Positions 1-12,521 of a stretch of DNA of 64,000 nucleotides are shown here, one piece after another. The notes below the pieces were generated by a model. That model was not told the origin of the DNA and ran no database searches. It was given only the letters and a program-made list of their open reading frames with translations. Made by a program: the position numbers and the translations under genes. Source of the DNA: Octopus sinensis (taxonomy: Eukaryota); contig NC_043008.1 in NCBI RefSeq assembly GCF_006345805.1, positions 77,500,001 through 77,564,000 of the forward strand. The letters are read 5' to 3'. Each line of letters begins with the position of its first letter. Positions within the stretch are counted from its first letter, which is position 1.

Positions 1-586
1 TGTTATTGTATAAATTGTAATATAAAACCCAGTAGAAAGCCGTATGCAAAATTGTAATGGGTTTTCGAGAAGAGATGAGTGAAACGGTGGCAGAAGGTTG
101 GGAAAGAAGAGACAGAGATAGTGAGGAATGAAGCTGAGGCAGAATGGGGCTGGGGTAGGAGGACAAGTAAATAAGGTAGAAGGGTAGGAAGGAAAGAGAA
201 ATAGAGGAAAGGATGGAAAGGTGAAATAGAGAGGACGAGAAGAAATAAGAGAGGAGGTAAAAAGGGAAAAGGAAAGGAGAGTGGCAGAAAGAAAGGAATA
301 GGGTAGAGAAGAACAAGAGCAGGGAGAAATGGATAAGAAAAAGAAGAAAAAAGTAAATAAGGGTTTAAAATGTAATAAAAGAGTACTCAATTATATCCAA
401 GTTCATTTCGAATGTCGAATTCCAAGATTTTTATTTCCTTTTACTTAGGTTTAACAATGATATTTATGAGACATCAAACTTATGGATGAGACACTCCAAG
501 GCTGTGGAGTGTCTCATCCATAAGGAAGGGTGGCTATAATGTTGCTGTAAACATGAATACACAGGTGTTACAGCTTCTCGCGTAAA

Positions 587-1043
587 CTTTTACTGGTTTC
601 AGCTATTAAGCTGTAGCCATGCTGGAGCACCTCCTTTAGTCAAACAAATCGACCCCAGGACTTATTCTTTTTAAGCCTACTACTTATTCTGTCATTCTCT
701 TTTGCCGAACTGCCAAGTTACAGGGACGTAAACACACCAATATCGGTTGTCAAGCGATGGAGGGAGAACAAACACAGACACACAAACACGCACGCACACA
801 CACACACACACACACCACACACGCACACACACACACACACACACACATACGCACACACACATATACATATATACGACGGGCTTCTTTCAATTTCCGTCTA
901 CCAAATCCATTTACAAGGCTTTGGTCGGCCCGAGGCCATAGTAGTGCCACGTAGTGAGACTGAATCAGGAACCATGTAGTGAGACTGAACCAGGAACCAT
1001 GTAGTTGGTAAGCAAGCTACTTGCCACATAGCCACTCCTGCGC

Positions 1044-1044
<1 letters not shown>
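587..1044 (-). mobile_element. Octopus tRNA-derived CORE-type SINE, family A (near full length)
   Basis: Reverse complement of the copy at 45181-45594 (head ggcgcaggagtggct.., internal (CA)n/(TA)n, tail ..gaaaccagtaaaag). Has a small internal tandem duplication of gtagtgagactgaa-caggaaccat at about 951-1004. Confidence 0.85.
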
Positions 1045-1074
<30 letters not shown>

Positions 1075-1080
<6 letters not shown>

Positions 1081-1157
1081 CGTGATCACATGACCGTCCA
1101 GATTATCAGATGTTGCTACACATCGCTGGTCACAATGCGCTTCACATTGTTTTAGCC
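1075..1157 (-). repeat. Short interspersed repeat fragment (family D), related to 6771-6890
   Basis: cacgtgatcac..catcgctggtcacaatgcg..cattgttttagcc is the reverse complement of ggctaaaacaatgcg..cattgtgaccagcgatg..gtgatcacgtg at 6810-6890. Confidence 0.6.
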
Positions 1158-1210
1158 TATATATACATATATATATATATATATAGAGAGAGAGACAGAC
1201 AGAGACAGAG

Positions 1211-1375
1211 ACGATGGGCTTCTTTCAGTTTCCCCCTCTACCAAATCCACTCACAAGGCATTGGTCGGCCCGAGGCTATAACAGAACACACTTGCCCAAG
1301 GTGCCAGCAGTGGGACTGAACCTAGAACCATGTGGGTGGGAAGCATGCTTCTTGCCACACAGTCACTCCTGCGCC
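1211..1375 (-). mobile_element. SINE family A, 5' half
   Basis: Matches the tRNA head and CORE-like block (cacttgcccaaggtgcc) of family A. Confidence 0.8.
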
Positions 1376-2055
1376 TGTATATATTATATCATTGTTTAAA
1401 ATAGTTTAAGACACACATTACGAGGAAAGCAAAACCATGTTCTGGTGAATTCAAGGATCTTAATTTATCTTAATGGAACTGAGATTTAATTCAATTTAAA
1501 CCAGGATTTAAGTTAAAGCCGATGCTTAAAATTTTCTGTTGATGACAGGATTTGATATTGATATATAACATTATAGAAGAATGAACCAATGTTCTAACGG
1601 CTTCTCAAAAAAAAAAAAAAAACAACAACAACAGATATATAAAGAAACTTACATATGATATAATGTCGAAGAGATTGCTATTTCTGTATAAAGCATTCCC
1701 ATTTCCGACATCATTCTTAATATATCTACTTTATGATACTTTCTTTGACTCCCACACTTTACTGTTGCTTAATTGATTCCTCAGTTCTTTTCTCAACACT
1801 TTATATCAATTGGCTCTTAGGATTTATTAATATCAATGCGAAAGTATTTTTAGTCTGACGTCTACCAATTATGAACCTGTCTGAGGACATACTGCAATTC
1901 TAGTTACGTCTCCGGTGAAGCTGCCCCCAACAGCTTCTTCTTTTTATCAAGTGGATATGTTTAAAGGCTGAAGGAAAGCGACAATTAGAGAGACAGAACA
2001 GATAAAGGAAGAGTGGATATAAGAGACGTGGTTATGAATTTACAAACACGCATGT

Positions 2056-2091
<36 letters not shown>

Positions 2092-3070
2092 ACACACACA
2101 CACTCAGACGCACATGTACATGCACCCGCGCGCACACGAACATATGTGCACACACACACACATATGGGAGAGAGATTGGAAAGAGAAAGAGAGAGGGAGT
2201 TTTGCATTAACAAAGAAAGAGAAAGGCGAAGGAGCCAACTCAATACAGAAACTGTCTCTACTGATACAGGACTGACTTGTCTTTCATGTTTGGTTTTTAA
2301 TTGGTCTGAAATGGAAAAAAAAAAAGATTATTGCTCATAGCCATCACCGAGACCAGTACTGTAGGAAAGATATTGATTTTCTGGAAGATCAGCATTCTGA
2401 GTGTAAGGGTTAGTTCTGGGCCTGGACAGATGAACATAATATGGGTAGCTTGAAGAGAGATGAATGTACTGGGAGTGGCTAAGCAGAAGTGGCCCGAGAG
2501 CAGCCAGATCCGAAGAGCAGAGACCATTGTAGTAGCAGTAGAAAAGATAGAGAGAAGACACAAACAGGTCAGAGTTTGAAGTGCGTTTGGGAAAGACTTT
2601 ATGCTAAGTAGCCTTTGTCCGGATATGGTCCAAGGTGCCTGTGTGCAGCATCATACTAGCTAGATATGGGAACAATATTCTATTATACCCTTTACTCTAA
2701 CAATACTCTATTTTTAACTAGCTCACTGGCTAATCGCGAAACCAGCGACTGTTCTGGCACTGTTCTTCTATATATAGCTGGCGATGAGATGTGTCGTGAC
2801 TATCTCCAGTGGTCAAGTCTCTATCATTAACGATACCAAGAAAAGTCGAAATCACCAGATCTGGTGATCTCGACGCTGGAGGTGGTAAGAATTTATTTCC
2901 GATATAAGCTAGACTGCATTTTGCATGAAAAACCAAAACGAGAGTTTCTTTCATAGTATCTACCGCAGTTTGCTCTAACAGATCATCCACGTTTAAGTGG
3001 AGACAAACATTAACTCTATTATAGGTTCCACCTAAGCTTTGTAGAAAGTTAACACTTATTGGTTGATATA

Positions 3071-4345
3071 CAGTGGCGGCCAAAATGTTCAGAACGGCAT
3101 TGTTTTCGTCAGAAAAGTAAGTATAAGTTTTTATCAAAGTTGTTTTGTATTCTATAATTTTCACTGACAATAAATACAATATTATTTGTTATTGCCTGAG
3201 ATTTTGGTGTAATTTGAGAGGATAATACAAAAGTTATGGATGATTTAGTGATTTACTGCAAAACCCATGGCGGCCAAAATTATCAGAACGGTTGCTTTTA
3301 CTCTGTGTTTTAGTATATTTAACCGGCGAACTCTAATGTTTTAAATTTGTTTACGTAACGGTTCGTTTACTAAACATTAGTAAGAATATTTGCAGTGTAC
3401 TTTGTTAATATAATGCCACTTAGTCCGTTACCAATTCGTCAGCAGATTATTAAGCGTCGAAGGAAGGATAATTTAAGTATTGGATCTATTGCAAAGATTG
3501 TTAACAAGTCAAAAAGTGTTGTACACGGTATTCTTAAGGTCTACGATGATTGTGGTTCGTGTGAAGCAAGAAAGTTTACAGGTAGGCCAAGAAAAACGAC
3601 CAAGAGAGAAGATCGTGCTATGGTAAAGTTGGTTAAAAAGGACAGATTTAAAACTGCTGCTGCTGTTTCTCGGAAAATGAGCATTGTATTGAAGAAAACT
3701 TTATCTCGAAAAACTGTGTCTTGTCGTTTAGTTGAACATGACCTACAAGCAAGAGCACCTGCAGTGAAGCCACTGATCAGCTTCAAGAATAAAAAGTGTC
3801 GTCTTACCTTTGCAACCGAACATGTGTTGTGGTCTCAAGAAAAATGGCAAACGGTGCATTTCAGTGATGAATCTAAGTTTATGTTATTTGGCTCAGATGG
3901 GAAAAGGTACGTTCGTCGAAAAGTAGGTGAAAAATTGTCACCTAAATGCCTTAAGACTAGTGTTAAATTCAGTGGAGGAAGTGTCATGGTTTGGGGGATG
4001 ATATCTGGAGATGGTGTGGGCCCTTTGGTGCGATTACAAGGAAAGGTAAATGCAGGAGTTTATAAACAACTTGTAAAAGATCATGTCTTGCCTGTGCTGA
4101 GAAATTCAACTAAGCGACCACCCATATTCATGCAGGACAATGCCCCATGTCACAAGGCTAAGGTGGTCATGAACTTCCTCAAAGCTGAAAAGGTTATTGT
4201 TATGGATTGGCCTGCTCAAAGCCCAGATCTCAATCCTACTGAAAATGTATGAAATATTCTAGGAGAACGTTCGAAAGCCAGAAATCCTAAAACAACTGAG
4301 CAATTATGGAATGCCCTCCAGCAGACCTGGTTTAACAAAAGCTAC
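3071..4345 (+). mobile_element. Tc1-family DNA transposon; left TIR present, right end lost
   Basis: TA at 3069-3070 followed by cagtggcggccaaaat..cagaacgg. The same motif recurs at about 3268-3290 (IR/DR-type end). A transposase ORF follows. I found no right TIR before the (GA)n tract at about 4355. Confidence 0.9.
3395..4252 (+). pseudogene. Tc1 transposase (DD34E) with a premature stop
   Basis: HTH region with GRPRKTT, then VHFSDESKF, VMVWG, FMQDNAPCH and WPAQSPDLNPTE; 34 residues between the second D and E. TGA at 4250-4252 replaces the conserved W of ENVW and the frame continues NILGERSKARNPKTTEQLWNALQQTW. Confidence 0.92.
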
Positions 4346-4419
4346 ACTAAGAGTGAGAGAGGGGGAAGAGAGGGAGAGAGAGAGAGAGGGAGGGAAAGAG
4401 AGAGAGAGAGAGAACAAGG

Positions 4420-5400
4420 CAGAGAGATTTGAGGGTTTGGTAAGTACTGGAGCTAAAACTGGTTGCATTGTCCAACGGTAACTGAAAGTCACCGCCAGGC
4501 TCAGTGATTTTGTTGGTTTGAAATGATTAAAAGTACTTTCACATATGGTGTGTGTGAATGGAGATAAACGATGAGGAAATTTGCCAAATATGTTGAGTTG
4601 GCTGCAGAAGGAGAAGATAATCAGATTTACTGCCCACAGACTTATCATTGTTGAGAAGTGGAAGAAAGGGGTTTCTGAAATGCTGAGTAGGAATGCTTTT
4701 TGCAAAGGACTGCAGATTGGAAAGCAAGGCAGTTTGCTGGCAGTGTGGTACTTGGAGACATTTTTCTGGATGGTGATCTTGCATTTTCGTATGATGGTCT
4801 TGCAGAAGTTGCGATGTTGAGTAAGAGCCGTCTAATTTATACGGTGGGTTATTCTTTCCATGCGTCACAAAGTCTTCTGCAGTATCTGCTCTGCTGCAAT
4901 GCAGTTATAAATCAACTACATAGGGGACTTAAGTCTGTGAGTTTTTCTTATATGGGAGTTGTAGAGGGACATACCTAAAAAGATGGTTTTAATTACCCGG
5001 TTCACATATACTGTCAGAGATAGCATAGAATAAGATGAACTCGACCATTCAGCTGACTTGAAGTCCTATACGTCCAAAAAGTGGAAGTGTATTGTATAGC
5101 ATGTAGATGTGTATTGGAAAATCATGATCATGATTAAAGTATTGGTGACTGTTCAGTAGGCGTTGAGAAAGAGGTCAGAGTAGAGATGGGAGCGAGATTA
5201 AAGGTATTTGTAATGTCTGAAGGCGTGTCGGGGATGAAAGTAGTTAAAATGAAGAGTTGGGGTTGGGAAAAATTCGGTTTCTGCACAGGCGAAATCAGTA
5301 CTGGAGGAGTGTGAAAACCACGAGAAATTGTGGTAATTAATGTCTCCGAGAAGATGATGTCTTCAGTGAAGGGTGAAAATAAATAGATGCCCACATAATA
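4420..5400 (-). mobile_element. Degraded APE-type LINE fragment (jockey/I/CR1-like): endonuclease C-terminus to start of RT
   Basis: Frameshifted pieces FIPDTPSDITNTFNL..SPIL..HDH (resembling the D..L....SDH endonuclease end), SFAKSI..FRNPFLPLLNND and PVLAPVLTKPSNLS resemble the EN-RT linker of these LINEs. Confidence 0.55.
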
Positions 5401-5597
5401 CATATACATAATACTTATATCTATCCATTATGTGTATATACATGTTGCTTTATAATTTATGTATATAATTATGTTCATGTGTGAATAAATAATTACATAC
5501 ACTCACCCATACACACAGAAACATGACACATACAGCAACACGTCCCCCGCCCCCATATATATATTTATATATATACGCGCACACATTTATATATATA

Positions 5598-5643
<46 letters not shown>

Positions 5644-6267
5644 TTATATGCATGTATGCATGTATATATGTGGGTACGCATGTAAGTGTATACACACACA
5701 TAATGAGGAACGGAGATATTTACTCCTTCCACCAAATAGGTTATAAGAATGAGTCATCTATTTTTGCTGCCAGAGTCACCATCTGTGCATGTCTTTAAAC
5801 CTTATATTCCAGACACGTTTAAAATAAACTAATTTTCTCCCTTTCTTAAAATGAACGGTAATAACTATTGAGAAATTCTCCTCTATAACCTTAACATGGG
5901 ATGTAAAACATATGACATCATTAGTCGTTGGACTAGTTTACATAAAAGATATTGAGGAGGCGTCTAGGGAGTAGAAGTTCTATTTAAGGCAAGTAGGAAC
6001 GGAAGTGGTGAACGTGAGTTCCATTATTCAATAGGAGCCTTACTTTAGGCTTCGTTGATGTAATTTGTCTCATTAAAGTTAATTTGTTGTAGACATTAGT
6101 AGAGACGAGCCTAGAATTCGGAGCTCGTAAAACCGTCATCAATAGTAGCGGCGCTAATATACTGTATAGATATGGTGTATATCTATATATTATATTTCTT
6201 TATATATCTGTGTCTATATCTATCTCTTTCAGTTACCCCTCTCTGTTACTCTCTCTCTCTCTCCTGT

Positions 6268-6342
<75 letters not shown>

Positions 6343-6346
<4 letters not shown>

Positions 6347-6743
6347 TAAATACTAGGGAATAAATCCAAATTTACAGGGAAAAAAATCAGATTTAGGATT
6401 AAATCCAATTTTATAGTAAAATATTATAAAATATTATTAGAGACAAAACCACTATTTTGCAAAACAAACAAGGAAAGACTTAATCAATACATAAAATTTT
6501 AATAAATAGTCAAAAAAACCGCCACTACAATCGTTTCTTGTCTTGATCGACAATCTTCAGGTGGACTTCCAATAATTATAATTTGAAACTGACTTATTGG
6601 AAGTCCACCTGAAGATTGTCGATCAAGACAAGAAACGATTGTAGTGGCGGTGTTTTTGACTATTTATTAAAATTTTATGTATTGATTAAGTCTTTCCTTG
6701 TTTGTTTTGCAAAATAGTGGTTTTGTCTCTAATAATATTTTAT
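6343..6743. mobile_element. Fold-back element, probably an inverted Penelope-like pLTR remnant
   Basis: Arms 6426-6575 and 6594-6743 (150 bp each; one mismatch seen) with an 18-nt spacer. The left arm extends to 6343. Flanked by (TA)n on both sides. Confidence 0.75.
6605..6647 (+). ncRNA. Minimal type I hammerhead ribozyme motif (mirror copy on the minus strand at 6522-6564)
   Basis: ccac-CTGAAGA-ttgtc(gatcaa)gacaa-GAAAC-gatt-GTA-gtgg: stem I ccac/gtgg, CUGANGA core, 5-bp stem II, GAAA, 2-bp stem III and a GUA cleavage triplet. Confidence 0.75.
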
Positions 6744-6770
6744 ATATATATATATATATAAATATATATA

Positions 6771-6890
6771 TTGCCCAGCTCGCTTAGCCAGCGGGGTGGC
6801 GTCATTCGAAGGCTAAAACAATGCGAACGCATTGTGACCAGCGATGTGTAACTATATTTGATGGACTGGTCGGTCACGTGATCACGTGAT
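6771..6890 (+). repeat. Short interspersed repeat fragment (family D)
   Basis: Inverse homologue of 1075-1157; flanked by (TA)n. Confidence 0.6.
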
Positions 6891-7229
6891 ATATATATAT
6901 ATATATATATAAAACAAACAAACGAAAAACAGACAAAGAAGGTCGCCAAATCCTCATCCGTTATCGGTCAAAGGATCTCAGCAATTTCGCGCCTATGTAT
7001 GTATGTATGTATGTATGTATATATGTATGTATGGATGGATGGATGGATGGATGCATGCATGTATGTATGTATGTATGTATGTAAGTATGAATGTATGTAT
7101 GTTATGATGGGTGGAATATATCCATGTAACTTGACAGATAGGATATTGGGGGTATGTATCTATATATTGACAGGTGAAATATTAAGAGGTTGGATGCATT
7201 CATATCAATATATTGCTAGCTAAGATATA

Positions 7230-7960
7230 TTTGCATATATTGGTAGTCGGATACTGACGCATAAATCCTGGTACTCTTTTGGCTAGGATAGAAAAAAGGA
7301 ATGACGAGGACACCAGTCACCGATAGAGGCATGACGTATGGAAACATACCTGGTCTCTAAGAGGTGAAGACCATGGCTGTTGCAATCGATATATTCAGAG
7401 AACCAATGGTCTGCAGCTTTGATGATGGTTATGACCAAACAAAACGCATCTTCAGTACTCTCAGTGCCAGAGGACAACAACCGAAAAGCAAAGAGATCGG
7501 GAAGAGACTACGAATAACAATAACATCAAAATGTCCTGCAGAGATGGTGGTTAGAGATGGGAGACTGTAGAAGATAGTCAAAACAAAAAAGACAGAAAGG
7601 AATGATCCCAGACTATAGGCTCGTCAGGGGTTAGAAGTGACACCTAGTCTCCATGGAGTGAGGTTGACGGTCATACGAATAAGCAGTGGTAATTTAACAG
7701 TTCTGCTTAAAGACATAAAGGAAGCAGATTGAAGTAAATTTGAAATCTACATTTATAAAACATCTAAGTAATAAAATGCTTGTAAAAAGTACCATAAGGG
7801 TTTATAAAAAGCTAAAACAATGTAGTTGTCTTCTTTCGTTGGCAACAACGAAAATGTTCATGGGCATATTGGAAAGTACCAGTCTGCAGTACCCAGAGAA
7901 GAAGTGGTCAGTCAAGGTGTGCCCGGATCATACCTAAGTGGTGACTTTTCACCCCATTAT
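7230..7960 (-). mobile_element. Heavily degraded LINE RT fragment (CR1/jockey-like)
   Basis: Broken-frame pieces GHFDVIVIRSLFPISFAFRLLS and IIKAADHWFS loosely resemble the GPD-IP-VL..KAA-V-P-FK start of RT. Confidence 0.35.
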
Positions 7961-8390
7961 GAGCTGGTTTATTTCAGGTACTAAATTTTAACCTGACTCG
8001 GTATAATTATTACTGCTCTCCATACATTTCTTGCAATGCTTTACATGAAATATCTTGTTTCTATGGGTTTTTATGGTTAATAAATATCACTATTGTTGTT
8101 GTTGCTGTTGCTGCAGCTGCTGCTGTTTTTGTTTGATACAGCACATTTGTTGGGAGATATAACAAAGTGTCAGTTGTCCGCAACCAGCGGAGTAAGATAA
8201 CCATTTTCATTCAGATTTCGGGAACTCTGTTGAGGATTCATGCAGTTCCAGCCAACGATATTTTATGTGGTTGCTCTATCTTAACATGCGTCACATATCA
8301 CCACTTCACTTGTCTTTTAATACCCTGTTATAACCAGGACAGCCAATATCTATGGTTAAACAGGTTTTTCTCTCTTTATTCACAACTATA

Positions 8391-8716
8391 GGCGTAGGAG
8401 TGGCTGTGTGGTAAGTAGCTTGCTTACCACCCACATGGTTCCGGGTTAAGACGGAAACTGAAAGAAGCCCGTCGTATATATGTATATATAGATGTGTATG
8501 TGTGTATGTTTGTGTGTCTGTGTTTGTCCCCCCAACATCGCTTGACAACCGATGCTGGTGTGTTTACGGCCCCGTAACTTAGTGGTTCAGCAAAAGAGAC
8601 CGATAGAATAAGTACTAGACTTGCAAAGAATAAGTCCTGGGGTCGATTTGCTCGACTAAAGGCGGTGCTCCAGCATGACCACAGTCAAATGACTGAAACA
8701 AGTAAAAGAGTAAAAT
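8391..8716 (+). mobile_element. SINE family A with an internal deletion
   Basis: The head ggcgtaggagtggctgtgtgg..ccgggtt joins directly to agacggaaactgaaagaagccc (CORE block missing). The 3' half is intact to gaaacaagtaaaagag. Confidence 0.85.
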
Positions 8717-8719
8717 AGT

Positions 8720-10245
8720 AACAGAGTAACTATTATATCCGACTTTTGATGTTGAATTTTAGATCACATTGAATCATTACACACCACACTATCATTATCT
8801 TATCATTATCGATTACTCTCTCTGGGGTTTCCCCATATAATGTATCACATATCACCCAATGAATCATTCTTGAGACGAAGTCGTATCTTCTTTTGTATGT
8901 TTTTTGGCCACCTTCATGCATTCATTCACAGTATACCACACAGTCTCAACTTTATCACTGTTCACCCTGCTCTTGTCGCTTTCTGTTGTGTTGTCGATCC
9001 TGCATTTGATATATTTTGTCCTAAGTATTCTGCGCAGCACAGATAACCGCTTCAATCTCTGCTTTCAATTGCCTTCTTCTATCGGCATCTGTATCCCTGC
9101 TTATCTCTTTAGCAAACTGGCCGTACATTTATTTTCCATTCTACTTTCTTTCGTCTTACTTGCTTTTGGTTTCTTTATACTCCTCTATTTCCAAGCAAGT
9201 ATATGTCCTGACTATATCAGATATTCTCACCTCAACTAGTAAAGGTTTTGTGGCAGTCTTGATATACCATACCAAGCTATTTTCTTCTGAGCATATACAA
9301 CTTTCACAGCTGAGTAGCTCTCGCTCGCCTCTGCCTGTCAATATCGCTCTTGGGAAGGAATGTTTCGTGCATTAATCAATAGTTTTCTCGATTTTCGGTC
9401 TGGCCTCTGTAACTCCTCTTTACTCCAATGAATAATACTTGTCATACTTCAATAATACAAACACCTATGTATTTATTGCTTGAAACGTATTTCTTCCATT
9501 TAGTTTGATCGCAACACCTAAATTTGGAGACACTCTTGCCTTAATTTCTTCTTCATTTCTTCTTCCATCACTTTATTCACCTCCAATATGTCCAGATATT
9601 TATATTCAGTATTATCAGTCCTTTTCATAATTTATTATGATGGTAATTCTACTCCTTCAATTCTTTTGACTTTTCCTCTCGTCAAAAATATTACTCTACA
9701 TGTTTTTAGGCCAAATTCCACTTTGATGACCTTGCTAAAACAATGAACTACGTTTACGAAATTTAGTAAACCAGAGATTTGTTTTAATTTTACAGCTTGA
9801 GATCATCCATAAATAATTAATGGTTGATCGCTTCTACTTCCCTTTAAACTCATATTCAGGTGTTATTTTTCTCAGTAGCAATGTTAAAGGAATCATGTAT
9901 AAAATAAATAGCAAAGATTCTTAACGTTTCTAGACTCTCTTCATATGTTGTGAGCGCAGTGTTCCAACTTGAGTATGTTCAGTGCCAGTGGAATGCATGA
10001 TGTGGGTTTGTAATTAAGCACAGTATTCCTCTTTGATAAATCCTTCAAACATAGTTGCTGTTTGTCCATTGTTATTCACTCAAGAGACTTATCATTCCCG
10101 TCGATCAGTGCATAAAGCTATTTACTTATGAACAGGTCCAGCTGCTTTCCAATAACTCATCTCCTTGCTTATTTGTTTGCACATTTCGTTTTCATTTCTA
10201 ATTTCTTCTTGATGCGAACATGAAATAAACACATTATGGTTGATG
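8720..10245 (-). mobile_element. R4/Dong-type RLE LINE, degraded and 5'-truncated
   Basis: KRRYDFVSRMIHWVIC..PERVIDNDKIMIVW..IQCD corresponds to the RHD..HW-LC..PE-V-EN..ILWD block of R4. RT remnants lie upstream. The 5' end abuts a (TAA)n tract. Confidence 0.75.
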
Positions 10246-10250
10246 TTGCT

Positions 10251-10257
10251 GTTATTA

Positions 10258-10345
<88 letters not shown>
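10251..10345. repeat. (TTA)n microsatellite between two Dong copies
   Basis: Directly visible. Confidence 0.95.
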
Positions 10346-12161
10346 TCTTCGTAACAAAGTGTAGGTAAAAATGCACCAGAGCCTTTAGTCATATGTCAAG
10401 TCACAACAAGGACCTCAGACAGATAATACTTTCCTTAAGATATGCGCTGTGTCCAATAAGGCTGCATTTTGCAAGACAACAATCTTGCATAGGATTTACA
10501 GTTGCTTTAAGAAGTCTTGAAGTTTCAATGAGATTGAGCTCCGATCACCTCTTTTACATTACCCTCTCGCATTTCATATAGTCTTACTATTTCCACTTTC
10601 AATTCGGAGTACTTGGTGATTTTTTCAATCTCTTTACTCACAGCATTCATGTCATTTGGTATGACTACATCAATGTTTGACAGTATTTGTCTCGCTTATT
10701 CAATATGGCAATATCTGGCAGACGGTGTTCGATTACACAATCCGTCTGAAAATCATAGTCCCAGACTATCGTTACTTTTCCAGCCTCCTGCATAACTATA
10801 CTTGGTACATGCTCATACCAGTTCTCTGTTACTTCATTTTGATATTTGCGACATAAGAGCCAATGAAGATACACACACACTTTATCGTGGTGGCGCTTCT
10901 ATTCCTTTTGTGCAAGGCTTTCACATCCACTTACCAAGTGGGTCACATTTTCCACGTTCTTTGCACAGAGTCTGTATTTCTGGGTGTCATAACTTTTATA
11001 GATGTTATACGTCACTGAATTGGTAGCGAGAGCCTGGTCTTGTGTAGCAAAGATCAGGCTTTCGGTGGTACGCCTTAAATCACTCCGCTCAATCCATGCC
11101 CACGGTGCTGTATTATCCTTAACGTCCTATATATTCCTTTCAAACTGTCCTTGCATTCTCATTTCAAGAAGATTTTCCTTTCTCTTCTCCTCAGCTCTTA
11201 TGCTAAACTCTTCCTTGACCATCATTTTAATCTGCCTTTACACCCATATCTTTCGCGGCATATTGCAGCAGGTCTTCATTACTATTTATCAAATACTCGG
11301 CAAGCGTTCTCCTTTAACTCCTTATACAATGGTCTATACTAATTAATCCTCTGCCACCATTCTTTCTATACACAGTCTGTTTACGTTTTCTTTAGGGTGT
11401 AACGGCCCATGAAGCGTCCATCAACTCGTCCTTCTATCCACTGCTGATATTTTCTCCTCAGTCCAGTTGAGGATGGACGCTCTGTATCTGACCACCGCAA
11501 CAGTCCAGATATTCATAGCGGTAATCAAATATTTGGCATTCAGGTTAGATTTCAACACCGTCTTCACCCATTTTTGATATGCCTCGCTGTCCTTGACTTT
11601 CATTTCTCTTTGTAGAATGTCGTCCAGCTTCAAAATCCCAAAACTTCTATACCCACTACCGTCGGGTTCATCCATGGTCTCTCTTGATGGTAACCGCAAT
11701 CCTCTCCAGGCTGCTTTCTTTCCTCTTTTCATATTTAGTACTGAGCATTTGGTAATTCCAAATTCCATACTGATATCCCTACCACACTTCTGGACTGTTT
11801 TGGTTAAGGAATCTATCTGTTTTTCAGATTTCCCGAACAATTTCAGGTCATCCATAAACAGAAGATGGTTAAATGATAGGCATTTCTTCCCACATCGGTA
11901 ACCCATCTTAACTTTCCTAAGTATCATTGTTATGGGTATTAGTGCAATTACAGATAGTAACGCAGAAAACGTGTAACCTTGGCAGATACCCCTTTTAATA
12001 TTAGCTTCTCCAAGGTATACATTACTTGAGTACAATTTGGTTTTCCATTCTTTCATCAGAAAATTTGTGATATTGTCAGCAACACCAAAAATTTGCAGGC
12101 ATTCAACGATCCAAGAATGGGGCATCACATCATATGCCTTCTTAAGGTCAATCAAAACCAT
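10346..12161 (-). mobile_element. R4/Dong-type RLE LINE, degraded and 5'-truncated
   Basis: ORF 11421-12161 has IDLKKAYD, KRGICQG and HLLFMDDLKLF. ORF 10665-10880 has LHWLLCRKY..WYEHVP..HRLPDI. The 3' UTR runs into (TAA)n. Confidence 0.88.
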
Positions 12162-12521
12162 TTATCCCGTGCTCAAAATGTCCCTGAATAAGAGTTGTTT
12201 AACGATAATGAACGAAACACCAAAGTTTTCCAAGGTGAATTATCCAAACCCCAAAGAATTCCTCTCAACACATAGGCTATGATACTCCCACACAACTTCT
12301 GCCCGTGATCAGAGATGCACATATTGTCAGCCACTCAGATGAAGCAACTGAAAAGCAAATCTGTGGTATCACGCAGAATATTTGCCACAGCCCATCTTTT
12401 ATACTAAGTTAAAACAATGTACATGATAACACTTCCACTCAGTTAAGATGGAGGAGGCATGAGAGCCACTGCCTGGTACTGCATCAAGACATTTAGCCAC
12501 TGCATGATGCTGCATCAGGGC

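Noticed and set aside
747-954. ORFs rich in HT/CV/YI/YVCM repeats here and throughout (e.g. 17472-18094, 21764-22142, 63562-63923)
   Set aside because: They are translations of (CA)n, (TA)n and (TATG)n microsatellites and SINE interiors, not genes.
2297-3060. Minus-strand ORFs possibly from a LINE endonuclease, which would place the Tc1 inside one LINE
   Set aside because: The motifs are too weak, and the domain order is inconsistent with the 4420-5400 fragment.
4250-4252. In-frame TGA in the transposase as selenocysteine or readthrough
   Set aside because: It falls at a conserved Trp (TGG to TGA), the commonest nonsense change, and no SECIS is evident.
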